From the NCBI GenBank assembly GCA_951406725.2, contig OX597820.1, positions 103,850,001-103,914,000 of the forward strand: a stretch of 64,000 bases of DNA, read 5' to 3'. The notes under the pieces are model-generated. The model had not been told where the DNA came from and did no database searches. It was given only the letters and a program-made list of their open reading frames with translations. Source of the DNA: Octopus vulgaris (taxonomy: Eukaryota). Of this stretch, positions 1 to 11,790 are shown one piece after another. The position numbers and the translations under genes are program-made. The first letter of the stretch is position 1; each line of letters starts with the position of its first letter.

Positions 1-437
1 AAAATAAGGATGGACTATGTGAATTTGGTTTACCTTTAGAGTACCATTTAGAAAAGGAAGATTTTCAGTGATAATTCATCATTGTCATTGTTTTAACATC
101 CAGTATTCCATGTTTGAATGGTTTGGCTGGGATTTGTTAAGGTGGATCTTGTTCAGCTAGATGTCCTTCTTATTACCAACACTCACTCACTTCCAAATAA
201 GGTAATATTCCCCATTGCCAAAATATGTTTTCCACAAAAGATTGGAAATGGAAGATACTACTTACACTCACAATCATTTCGTGATGTCAAGGGAAGGAGA
301 ATATACACTAAAAGCTTCTGATAGTTTCTGTCAACCAAATCCATTTACATGGCTTTGGTCAGCTTAAAACTGCCAGAGAACTGATCCTGAGATCATGTGG
401 TTGGGAAGCAAACTTCTTACTACATAACCATACCCAT

Positions 438-845
438 GCCAGGAGTGGCTGTGTGGTAAGTAGCTTGTTAACCAACCACATGGTTCCAGGTTCAGTCCCA
501 CTGCGTGACATCTTGGGCAAGTGTCTTCTGCTATAGCCCCGGGCCGACCAATGCCTTGTGAGTGGATTTGGTAGACGGAAACTGAAAGAAGCCTGTCGTA
601 TATAAGTATATATATCTGTGTGTGTTTGTGTGTCTGTGTTTGTCCCCCTACATTGCTTGACAACCGATGCTGGTGTGTTTACGTCTCCGTCACTTAGCAG
701 TTCGGCAAAAGAGACCGATAGAATAAGTACTGGGCTTCCAAAGAATAAGTCCTGGGGTTGATTTGCTCGACTAAAGGCGGTGCTCCAGCATGGCCACATT
801 CAAATGACTGAAACAAATAAAAAGAGAGAGAGAAAAAGAGAGAGT
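438..845 (+). mobile_element. tRNA-derived SINE, family A (CORE-like centre)
   Basis: A box TGGCTGTGTGGT, B box GGTTCAGTCCC, CORE-like CTTGGGCAAGTGTCTTC, internal (TG)n, (AAAGAG)n-like tail. Many copies in the window. Confidence 0.85.
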
Positions 846-992
846 ATGCCAACCTATCAAAAATATCAGAATATCTCTTGTTTTCACTAAGAAATTCTAG
901 CAGAATCTCATTTTTTATAATAAACCAGAAATATAAATGTTACAGCAAAAGCATAATTTTATTAAAGTATTTTTGTTTTGTTTCTTCTTCAG

Positions 993-1054
993 AATACAAG
1001 CAGAGAATATCCTTTAATTTGGAAACCTCTCGAAATCTGTTAATGCTGTTTGAT
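993..1054 (+). CDS. Calpain-type penta-EF-hand (PEF) gene, internal exon (62 nt); upstream exons lie outside the window
   Basis: Polypyrimidine tract plus AG at 991-992. Translates (E)YKQRISFNLETSRNLLMLFD, resembling calpain 'GFSIETCRxMVxMLD'. Followed by the U12 donor GTATCCTTT. Confidence 0.85.
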
Positions 1055-1350
1055 GTATCCTTTTAAAAAAATAGTCAATTTTTGTTATATTTTACTTATT
1101 GTTAATTTTGAGAAGAGTCATAATTTAATCATACAACCATATGACAAAACCATATATATATATATATATTGATGTAAACCTATTATTTACGTTTTTATTA
1201 TTTTTGCAATTTACTTAATCCTTACTTTTTATTGTTATTTAAATTTTAACCTTTCTATTATATGTAATTTTCTAGATGGTGTAATTTAATTGTTCATTTT
1301 GAATTGATAAAAGGTGGTTTTTTAAAAATTTTATATATATATATATATAT

Positions 1351-1418
<68 letters not shown>

Positions 1419-1421
1419 TTA

Positions 1422-2017
1422 TATATAGAGGGCATTATACATACATGCCAGAGGGCATTATACATACATGCCACACGTAGTCATTTCTACCAAAAATATT
1501 ACTAATCCCACCGAATGCAATTTTTCAAAGTAAGACATTTAAAAAATATAGACCTGTATCACAGTGATTTCATACTTACGTATTCATCAGCAGGCCTGAA
1601 TGTATCATACATAAACAAACGACCCTGCCCCGCTTAAGTCGATCAGCTAACTGATCAACATCAACGAAGCACATGGGTGAGTTTACATATATTACATCCT
1701 GTAAATGGCATACTTTTACGAATTGCATTTCGGGAAAGGAAAAGTTTTTTCGGAATAAAAATTTAGCAATTAAGGACAACTACTTAATAAGGAAAACTTA
1801 ACAAGAAATTGTCAGGTAGATAGCGTGAAAACCTCATAAGAGAATAAATTTCGAAAATAATTATTTCTTATTGAACATATTAATTTATATATAGAGGGCA
1901 TTATACATACATGCCAGAGGGCATTATACATACATGCCACACGCTAAGAGGGACAATTAGTCATTTCTACCAAAAATATTACTAATCCCACCGAATGCAA
2001 TTTTTCAAAGTAAGACT
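1422..2017. repeat. Direct repeats of about 120 bp (about 1422-1537 and 1888-2017) flanking about 350 bp; PLE pseudo-LTR-like
   Basis: AGAGGGCATTATACATACATGCC x2 ... TAGTCATTTCTACC...CAAAGTAAGAC is duplicated and bounded by (TA)n. Confidence 0.6.
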
Positions 2018-2759
2018 ATATATATATATATATATATTTGATCAAGAGAGGAAGGGTTGAGAAGATATTTATGTCTGCTCACCACCACACAGGTACTGAA
2101 AACAGGAAGTGAAAGCATGGTGCAAGTTACCAGATTTTATTCATTTACAATGACAACTAAGTTTCCCCACCCCCTTATAATATGCAACAGCTGTAAAAGC
2201 ATTAAATATTATTCAAGACTACTAATTTCACCATGAACATTACAAAAGAAATATAATGCAGACAGTGCTTGTAAAATTAAATAATAAATGGTACTTCTGT
2301 TCCAAGTGATAATTATCATTTGTCTGGAATGCAACTCTTTACGTCACTTGAAGTTACTCAGAGGATTAGCTAAATGTTTAAGAAAAACAATAAAACTTGT
2401 CATCAACCAAAGAAGACTTGAAAGAGCATGAAAAGTAAATGATGAAAAAGATCCAATCAACTGCCAAACAAAATTTGATTTGGAAATTCTTTTGTCATTT
2501 TTTTGTAATAGTAAAACATACTTGAGAGCTGTCCATGAGTTTGTCTGATTTTTGATTATTAATTTTTGTTAAACATCAGTCACCTGTGCAGTATCTGATG
2601 ACCCCATGGTTATATCAAAAACATTAGTATATATTTGATGTAACAATAACCAAAACTCCAGCTGGCTGGTTGGTTCCATCATTTCTTGCTTCTTTGTGGT
2701 TAGAGCAATAATTATTTTCAACATTTTTTTAATGATTATTTAAAAGATGGTATTGTCTT

Positions 2760-4130
2760 CAACAGCCAACCAACTAAAGGAGAAGTGGGAGGTAGTTTTG
2801 AGAGGAAAATGAGCAACAATGACCATGATGACAATAAGAAAATACCAAATGAAAAGAACTTGTCAAACACCATCACTACTACAACAGTGGAAAGAGATGA
2901 GCAATACTACTGCTGCAACTATATCTGTTGCTATTCTAGCAACACCACCTCCACCATCACCAATGTGACTACCAATAGTGGTGGTAGCAGCAATACCACA
3001 AAGGTTAGATCCTTTGCAGAAGCTGCCACAAAAAATTGTCCAAGATTTTAAGGAGGCCAAACTACAAAAAATAGTGAAAATCTAATTAAAATAGATGACA
3101 GAAGAGTGGCATTAGAAGTAATGCAGAACTCCGAGAAAAGATTGCTTGAAGAACAATAGTTTACCTGTGTGAGTCAGTCAAACCCTGGAGTGTGGAAACA
3201 GCAACAGATACCCGAGTGGAAAGATGTTTGTGAGGGATCTGGATAGACATAGACTTTGTTACATCACTGGGATCTAACTTTTCAGATCATTGAACTATAA
3301 TTCCTGACAAAGGATCTCGCATTAAAGAACTGTCATTCCTTGCAAGTGAAGGGTTCATCCTCATTCCTACTTGGCAGTTGAATAGTGAGGGTTACGATAA
3401 CTTCTATGTCACAAGAGCTGGTCATTTGGTATTTTGTGGCCTGCATTGTTCACAAAGGAGGTGACACTCTCATGGGTGTAAACAAATATAGGCAGGAGAA
3501 TTCAGTCCAGAATTGGACTAGAGATCCTATTACAGAACACCTCAGAAAGGATCCATATCTTAGTCAGTTATCAAATAAAGTAGAACTGCACATCATAGTG
3601 GAAGGCATAAAGCCCAGGTGCTGCATATGTGGTATTGCCAACTATCTAAGAGTCTTCTGCTCCCAACAGAAGGTGAAAGTAGGAGGGCTTCACTACTAAT
3701 GCAACAAGCACAACAACACAATAACAGCAACTGTTGCAACAGTAATACAAACAGCCATGCCACCAAAATCAGCAATAGTAACTGTTACAATAGGTACAGC
3801 AACAGAAACAAAAATAGTAACCACTACAGCATCTGCAGCATCAACATGAAAGCTTAACAGCAATGACAAGACACAAACCTAAAAAAAGCAAGTAAGTAGA
3901 TAGGACAAAACTTTTCCTCTCAGACCAAGACCTTCATCAACATCTTCAAGCAACACTATTACCAACAAAGAGGAAGGTGAGGAAGGTGTTGCCTTCCAGT
4001 AAATGATATAACATGTCAGTCAAAGTGGCATAGCAAAATACACTTCTATGTAGCTGTAGACTGATGACAAGAACTGGGAAAAGGCACAAGCCTTTGGTGT
4101 ATCAGAGTTAACCAGAGGAGTGTGCAGGGT
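2760..4130 (+). pseudogene. Decayed non-LTR retrotransposon ORF1 (gag-like) remnant
   Basis: RSFAEAA motif and degenerate zinc knuckle VEGIKPRCCICGIANYLRVFC, with multiple stops. Confidence 0.45.
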
Positions 4131-4429
4131 ACCCAGAATCACTCTGTGGGGTTGTTCCTTTCTTTTATTGTTTTTAATTGTTATTACATGTTGTCTCTTT
4201 ATTTTTACTCTTTATTGTTATTATTAATTTTACCATTTTACTCTGTTAGTCCTATATTTGTTTTTTCCTTTCTTCGTTGCACTGTCTCTAAACTCTTAGG
4301 CTTTAGGCTTTTCTGAGTCTGGTTTTATGTCTGTGTGAGAAGTTATAATCAGTTTTATCATCGTTACCACCATCATTATCAATATAATTTTTGATGTTCT
4401 TGTTGTTGATCTTTAACTACAACTCTTAG

Positions 4430-4498
4430 AAAACTAAAAGTGGTCATGTGACAATGCCACAGATGAAAGAAGGTTGGGAAAAGGTGAAAGAATATGCT
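4430..4498 (+). CDS. Calpain PEF exon (69 nt), EF-2
   Basis: AG/GTAAGT boundaries. KTKSGHVTMPQMKEGWEKVKEYA. A 69-nt phase-0 exon, as in classical calpains. Confidence 0.88.
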
Positions 4499-4552
4499 GT
4501 AAGTAGAAATACATTTTATCTTAAAATATACTTTCTCCCTTCTTTTTAGATG

Positions 4553-4950
4553 CAGGCATGGCTGTGTGGAAAGATGTGTACTTCCTAACCACATGGTTCT
4601 GATTTTAGTCCCACAGCATTGGCACCTTAGGCAAGTGTCTTCTATTAAAGCCTAGTGCCAACCAAAACTTTGAGTGGATTTGCTAGACGGATATTGAAAG
4701 AAGCTTGCCATGTGTGTGTGTGTGTGTGTGTGTATTTATGTCTGTGTTTTTCCCCCACCACCACTTGATAACTGGTGTTGGTGTATTTATGTCCCTATAA
4801 CTTAGCAGTTTGGCAAAAGACTGATAGAATAAGTACCAGGCTTAGTAAAAAAAAATTAAGTATTGGGGTCAATTCATATGATTAAAAATTCTTCAAGGCA
4901 GTGTCCTAGCATGACTGAAGTCCAATGAGTGAAACTAGTAAAAAATAAAG
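4553..4950 (+). mobile_element. SINE family A, degenerate (another partial copy at about 5490-5760)
   Basis: Colinear similarity to 438-845. Confidence 0.75.
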
Positions 4951-5133
4951 GATAGCTATTTTTTTTATCAAACCCAGTCAGAAGGAAGGCAAAATTATCC
5001 ACAGTAAAGATGGATTCCTAACATAAAGAGACATAGCTAGCAGCACTAAGCATGTAACCTGGTACTCGACCACGCTTGCCATTTACTGCCCTTGTCATTG
5101 TAATCATGTTATATTTTCTTTGATATTTTTCAG

Positions 5134-5212
5134 AAAGTTTTCATGGAAACAGATACTGATAATTCCGGATTTTTAGAAATTGATGAGCTGAGTCAGTTGC
5201 TTAAAAAACTGG
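5134..5212 (+). CDS. Calpain PEF exon (79 nt), EF-3
   Basis: TTTTCAG/GTAAGT boundaries. KVFMETDTDNSGFLEIDELSQLLKKL(G) with canonical EF loop DTDNSGFLEIDE. Confidence 0.93.
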
Positions 5213-5223
5213 GTAAGTTTTAT

Positions 5224-5461
5224 ATATTTGGTGTTACTTTGCTTCAGTGTTATCTATTTTTTACATTAATCTTAATCTTATTTCAGCCAGAGTTCTTTCG
5301 TCACACTCCTGTGACCTCATCAGTGGTCCTTTGTTACAAAATGATACAAAATGGCTGATGGTTAGTAAGGAGAGACACAAATAAGAAAGAAGAAAACAAA
5401 GGACCACTGATGTGGTCACAGGAGTGTGATGAAAGAACTCTGGCCGAAATAAGATTAAGAT
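5224..5461. mobile_element. Palindromic PLE-like insertion with 15-bp TSD and two hammerhead motifs
   Basis: TSD CTGGGTAAGTTTTAT at 5209-5223 and 5462-5476. 67-bp inverted arms at 5269-5335 and 5395-5461. Confidence 0.75.
5286..5329 (-). ncRNA. Minimal type-I hammerhead ribozyme motif (intact core)
   Basis: Minus strand: GGACCA CUGAUGA G GUCACA-GGAG-UGUGAC GAAA GAACU C UGGC. Confidence 0.7.
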
Positions 5462-6124
5462 CTGGGTAAGTTTTATGCTTAAATATGCACAGGTGCTTGC
5501 ATGGCTTTGTTGTAAGATGTGTGCTTTCCAACCACATGGTTCCAGGATCAGTTTCACTGAGTGGGCACCATGAATAAATGTCTTCTATAGCTCTGGTCCA
5601 ACCAAACCCTTGTAAGTGGATTTGGTAGATGGAAACTAAAAAAAAGCCCATTGCGTGTTTGTTGTGTGTACATTTGTGTGTGAGGAAGGGAGAGTCCATG
5701 TTTGTGTCTCCTTGTCTTGCCATCACCTGATAACTGTAAAATTATTGTTGGTGTCATATAGAGCAGTGTAATTTATTTCCAATATTCTGTGATAACATGT
5801 TTAACCATGAGAAAATATTACCGCATGGAAAACTAAACATTAAAACAATGATGCAGTAGTGTCATTGCACTATAACATCAGTCTCTTGATATGTACTCAA
5901 ATACTTAAACCAGCTACTTAACCATCATCACCATTTAAACACCAAATGTACAGTCACAGCCAAAAGTTTGTAACTTTTTTTAAAAATTAAAATTGTTATG
6001 TCCAAGTACAATTTGATTCAAATACATACAACATAGAAATATACTTACCTAATAACAGATTCAATGGTTCAATATCTAGAAGAAAAAATTTTCAGACTTA
6101 TGTTCCAAACTTTTGGCCAAGTAA

Positions 6125-6445
6125 TCATCATCATCGTTTAACGTTCGTTCTCCATGCTAGCATGGGTTGGACGGTTCGACCGGGGATCTGGGAAGCCAGA
6201 AGGCTGCACCAGGCTCCAGTCTGATCTGGTAGTGTTTCTACAGCTGGATGCCCTTCCTAACACCAACCACTCTGTGAGCGTAGTGGGTGCTTTTTACGTG
6301 CCACCGGCACAGGTGCCAGGCGAGGTTGGCAACAGCCACAATCGGATTGGTGCTTTTTATGTGCCACTGGCACGGAAGCCAGTCAAGGCGGCACTGGCAT
6401 TGGCCACATTCGGATGGTGCTTTTTACATACCACCGGCACAGGGT
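6125..6445 (-). mobile_element. SINE/RTE-tail element, family C (related copies at about 75-260, 10480-10660, 56395-57170)
   Basis: (CAT)n tail followed by TTTAACGT..CCATGCTAGCATGGGTTG..TTCTACAGCTGGATGCCCTTCCTAA, recurrent in the window. Confidence 0.7.
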
Positions 6446-7138
6446 TGATAAAATAATAAGTACTGGTTGAATTGGGTGTGGTAATTGACTTGGATCCCAC
6501 CCCTAAAATTGTTGAATTTGTGCTGAAATTTGAAACCATTGTTATCATCATCTTTATTGGATGAAAGTCGCCGAGGTCGACTTTGCCTTTCATCCTTTCA
6601 GGATCAATAAATTAAGTACCAGTTGCGAACTGGGGTCAATCTAATTGAATGCCCCCTCCCCTAGAATTTCAAGCCTTGTGCCTTTAGTAGAAAGGATTAT
6701 CATTATTGTTATTAAATATAACTTTGAGCATTTAATATAAAAATTCTAAACTTCAGACCTATGTTCCAAATTTTTGGCCATAGACAGAATGTTGTGCTTC
6801 TTTGGGATCCTTAAAGAGAACCTGTGATTATTTAGTCACAGCTGCAACATTAAAAAGAGGAGATGGGAGCAGATGATGATGAAGAGGAGAAAGATATATA
6901 AAACTTACAGATTTTAAACTCTCTTCCTTTTACGCACATGAATGCACAAACATCTTTCTAGAAACTATGGACATTCAACAGCACTTGCACCAAACACATC
7001 CACATAACAACAGCACATCACACAAAACAGTACTGAAGTAAAATACCTATGTTACACTATAGAAACATTTTGTATTCACATCACACAGAGTATGATGTAA
7101 ATTTGTCTTATAGTTCTTTCTTTTTTTTTCTTTTTCAG

Positions 7139-7255
7139 GTTATGAAGATGCGGAAAGTCTGTTGAAGATCCTCAAATTAAAATTTGGTGGTCTACAAAAT
7201 GTATTCACCTTCATAGATTTCATTCAAATAATTTGCAAACTGACCTTAATTTTGG
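7139..7255 (+). CDS. Calpain PEF exon (117 nt), EF-4 region
   Basis: Long T tract plus CAG, donor GTAAGT. (G)YEDAESLLKILKLKFGGLQNVFTFIDFIQIICKLTLIL. The 69/79/117-nt exon series is characteristic of calpains. Confidence 0.92.
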
Positions 7256-8289
7256 GTAAGTTTTTATCACATATTTTGTGTAAATGATATTTTAAATGAT
7301 AACATTTCTATGAAGATGACCATAGAATGTGGTTGATCATTTGTTGGAAGATGTGTACAAGAGGAGTTTAATTAGAGGTAAACTGTTGTGCCCACAACCA
7401 ACAGAAGATAAAATTTTAGACCTAAGGTTACATACTACTGGCATTTGAGTCAACTTATACAATGTACATATTTTTTGTACAGAAATTCTAAGATTTTAAC
7501 ATTTTAGAAAATAAATATTTATACATACTGTTTTTATATTTGGATTGCAAGAGTCTTTATGTGAGTTCATGTGTTGAAGCATATTCTGTTGTGTCTGGGG
7601 GAAAGAGTCATTCTCTTTTAGTGCCTTATTATTTAACACACTCACCGATAAAATTTCCACTCATTTACTTAGTTATTTTTCTAAAATTTTGGTTGCATTT
7701 TGCAGTCGTTCAATAGTTGTTGCCTCTGTCCATTATTCAAGCTGCATTCTTTTTGTTTGTTTGTGTGCATGTGTGTGGGTCAGTATGTGTGTGCATACAC
7801 ATGTATGCATTTATGTATACATGCATGTAAGTGTGTGTATGCATGTATGTATGTGTGTGTATGCATGTATGTATGCATGTGTACATATGTATACATGTAT
7901 GTGTGTACATTTGTATGTATGTATTCTGCATAGTCATGTGTTTGTGTGTTTGTATGTGTGTGTATGTACCTCTGACTCCTTGTGTGCATGTCTGAATGTG
8001 TCTGTGTAGGGGGGTTTGTGACTGTGTCTGTATGTATGGATGGGCATCGCCATATGTGTGGATGTGTGTCTCCATATGTGTCCTTGTGTGAAGTGTGTGT
8101 GTGTATATGTTCATGTTTCAGTCTTCATTTGTATATGTGTGTGTGCTTGTCTGTTCATATAACCCATGTACCTATCTGTCTGTATGTCTATCTGTTTTAC
8201 TTTCATATCCATATGCCTACATACATGTGCATATTCATATACACACACACATACATACATCTATCTATATAACAGTCCACTAACTATTC

Positions 8290-8865
8290 TACTTGTATAT
8301 AAATATAAACAGTGGGTATGGGGATGTGATATGTATATTTCCTGTTTAGTACTGGGGATGTTTCATATATGAGGACATACTCCTGTATTTGTCTGAGTGT
8401 TGGGTCCTTTGGGTGCTTGGATAAAATGCGGATGTCAAATCGACCCAAGTTGCCTCCATGTTGTACCATGTTGGTACAGTATGGAGGACTGCTTTTATGT
8501 CATCATATTGTTTCAAATGTTCATTTAGTCTTTCTGAAATGCTCCTAGATGTCTTCCCTATGTATGTCATGTTCATGTCTTTACAAGCACCTTCTATGCA
8601 TCTTATCCTGTAGACTACATTTCTAGTTCTACCGTTAATGCCAGGGCTAATCCTACATACATGCAGTTATCATTGATGCGTATAGTATTCTCAAAGGGTA
8701 CATCCTACATAGTTGCGATCATGTGGAGTTCCCTGGCTTTTCAGCAATTTTAATGCTGAGTTTGGTCTCCTTCAGAGTTTTCCTCAATATACAGTCTAGT
8801 TCTTCAAGGGGAGTAGCCACTACAAACATCGCTCCTTGATATTTGTCAGTTTTATACCACGTGTT
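8290..8865 (-). pseudogene. Penelope-like element: RT C-terminus plus GIY-YIG endonuclease remnant
   Basis: Minus strand TWYKTDKYQGAMFVVATP ... RNVVYRIRCIEGACKDMNMTYIGKTSRSISERLNEH. Confidence 0.8.
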
Positions 8866-8869
8866 CATA

Positions 8870-9243
8870 TCCTGTTTGCTTTGTCACACACTCTTTGTAT
8901 CCTACCCATCTACAGACATAGATTTTGCAGTGGAGAAATGCATTGAGATAATCTGTGAGGGTGAGGTAGAGTTCCGTGAAGTCAATGCGAGGGAACTGGG
9001 CCTCCTCCTTAAACTAAACTGTGACAGTGACTATTTAGACAACCATGACCTCGGTAGATTCTGCCCCAATGGGTCATAGAGGGGAAGACCAACCACTATC
9101 ACTTCAACAGTGAAGAAACATTCTGCAGAGGCTGGACCATATACACCCAAGACCATGAAAACAACAATCAGGTGAAAGGAGTGATGGCATATGCAATAGG
9201 GGCCAGTGTAAGGACCACCTTGAAGTACAACATAGTAACATTT
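8870..9243 (+). pseudogene. Penelope-like RT fragment, inverted relative to the adjacent endonuclease piece
   Basis: YPSTDIDFAVEKCIEII...VNARELGLLLKLN...RGRPTTIT...[12 protein letters not shown]. Confidence 0.55.
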
Positions 9244-9438
9244 ATGTATATATATATACACATGTGTATATATATGTATATATCTGTATATATATATGTA
9301 TATATCTGTATATATATATGTATATATATATATGTATTTATGTGTATATATATATGTATTTATGTGTATATATATATATGTGTATAAATGTATGTGTGTA
9401 TATATTAATGTATGTCTCTAATATACTTTTGTTAACAG

Positions 9439-9506
9439 AAACCTTTAAGGAACATAAAACCTCATCACTTGGTACGAAGGAAGTTGCAGAGTTTAGTCTG
9501 GAGGAA
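9439..9506 (+). CDS. Calpain PEF exon (68 nt), EF-5 region
   Basis: AACAG/GTAAGT boundaries, phase compatible with both neighbours. (E)[22 protein letters not shown]. Confidence 0.82.
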
Positions 9507-10145
9507 GTAAGTAATAATTTACAACAAATATTTTCTATAAAAATAGTCATTGTTTTACCTAGATAAAGCATACACATGGTCAAAGGCCTTCTATTTGAGA
9601 CCATCTTGTCCTTTTGCAAACTTGGAGACAGCCTTTACAGGTGTGACAAAAAACCTCCCACATTTTACAGATTAAAATACTTCAGCAAATGCACAGTTAA
9701 CACTAATCCAAACCATGATGGTAACTTATGAAAAGAAAAAATGATAAAACATAAAGACGCTGTTACTACCTATCTAACATCATTAGCACTACACCAATAG
9801 TCATGTAAAATATGGGAGCTTTTTGCTGTAGAGCATCTTTCACACCAAGACGCATGTACATGATAACATTTCAAATCAGTTAAGATCAGAAGCCATGAGT
9901 GCCACTGTCTGGTATTGCATCAAGGCAATTGTTTTTATCAAAGATGGAGGATAGGTAGAATTGGACAAACTAACATGTGATATTTAGTTATTGTGCTTTA
10001 TATTCTAAGATCAAATCCTGCAAGTCATCTTCATCCAAGATCGATAAAATAAGTACCACTAAAGTTCTGAGACCATTGGTTTTGAAAATACTAACCTCGT
10101 CTTTTCAAAACCAATGGGTTTGTATCTTAGAAACAATTATTGTTG

Positions 10146-10183
<38 letters not shown>

Positions 10184-10904
10184 GAGTGAGAGAGCAGTGC
10201 ATGTCATCAAAGTGACACTAGAGTAAAATATACAAAGCCCAGTATACCCATCATGACTACCTACCTGATAAGGGTACACCAGGCAGATGCATCACAACCA
10301 TATGTGCGCAACATGGTGATCTCATATCAAGATAAACAGCACATGACCTTGCAAGTGGGGCTCAGTTAGAATTTTCTTCTGGTCGAGTAACCCATCCCAC
10401 TCAAAAGATCCCTGAATAAGGGTTGTTTAAGGATGTTTATTATTATTATTATTTTGATGATGACAACAGTAATAATAATGATGATCATGATCATCATCAG
10501 TTTATGTATGTTTGACAGGATCCAGCAAGTCACAGGGCTGCATCATGCTTTAGCATGGTTTCTACTAGTGGATGTCCTTCCTAATGCCAACTACTTTACA
10601 GCATGTACTGGATGCAATTTTTATGCCACCAGCACAACTGAGGTTGCCAATTAACTTGCAAGGCAGGAAGAGAACAATAAACGGAAAGGAAAGCCCTCAG
10701 ATGAATTGGGAAATGGGTATTTGTGAGGGGAGAGGTGACTTTCTACAAAGTATTGGGAGGTTAAAGTATGATAAAAGACACATGATAATGTGTTTAATTT
10801 AAAGATATTAATCCAAAATATTTTAATTGTAATAATTTTTTAAATTATTTTCTTGATTCATTTCTCTTAAATTAATAATTATCTTTTTGTCTTTCTATTC
10901 ACAG

Positions 10905-10931
10905 CTCATTGAGTCTTGCTTGATTTACTGA
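10905..10931 (+). CDS. Calpain PEF terminal coding exon
   Basis: Pyrimidine tract plus CAG. LIESCLIY-stop, a short last exon like calpain 'WLxxTMYS'. AATAAA hexamers follow from about 10978. Confidence 0.8.
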   Translation, partial: LIESCLIY

Positions 10932-11438
10932 AGAATCATCTCTACTGGGATATTGTGAATGAGAAAAAAATGACAAAAATAAAAATAAACCCTAAAAATG
11001 TTTTGCATGGATCATAGCATCAAGTCCAGCTATTAATCAATAAGAGTGAAATTTTTGCTATAGTTATTTTTTTTAATGCATATTAACATACATATACAAA
11101 TAAAATTACAGATAGCCAGGAGGCCAATTGAACAAAAGACATGGTTTAGAAAATATGTAACAGTCTTTACCTTGCATACAAATAAAAAGTTAACAAACTC
11201 TACACACTTCTAAATATGTGTGTATTGAGAACGTTTTTCTTACCATATTTCTGTTAAACTACACTACATGCATTCCAATTAATTTTGAAAATAATGAAGG
11301 GCTTAGTAAAATAATATTGTTATATTTGGAAAAATAAATTAACATGCAATCTCAATGAAAGGTTTTAATTTAGATCGAATTAAAACGAAAAGTTCATATC
11401 AAAGAATAAGGGGTAATCTGAGGCAAATTGGTATCATA

Positions 11439-11481
<43 letters not shown>

Positions 11482-11741
11482 GAAGTATGTGTCTGTATGT
11501 TGCAGAATGAGTATTTCTAAAGTACTGGAAATTTGATACACATTATTTTGGATACAGCTACAAAAAAATTAATAAATTAAAGAAAAAAGTGTGTACCTAC
11601 TGTGTCAAATAAAAAAAAATTAAGCTGATTACATTAGGTAAAAAAGATAACCTAATATAAAAATCCCATACATTCACACAGTTATATATATGCATGTGTG
11701 TGTGTGTATATATATATACACACACACACACATACATACAT

Positions 11742-11790
<49 letters not shown>

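Larger units (their letters stand above)
1055..4429 (+). other. U12-type (minor spliceosome) GT-AG intron
   Basis: 5' site GTATCCTTT at 1055-1063. Branch site TCTTTAAC at 4410-4417, 12 nt before the AG (4428-4429), with no long pyrimidine tract. Confidence 0.85.

Noticed and set aside
1-70. NKDGLCEF, EF-loop-like peptide at the window start
   Set aside because: No convincing phase-1 donor to join the exon at 993 and no Glu at loop position 12. It cannot be assessed without upstream sequence.
1825-1880. Minus-strand GAAA...CUUAUGA arrangement resembling the permuted hammerhead
   Set aside because: The invariant G5 is missing, the stems are only 2-4 mostly A-U pairs, and the long linker is absent. 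Likely chance in AT-rich DNA.
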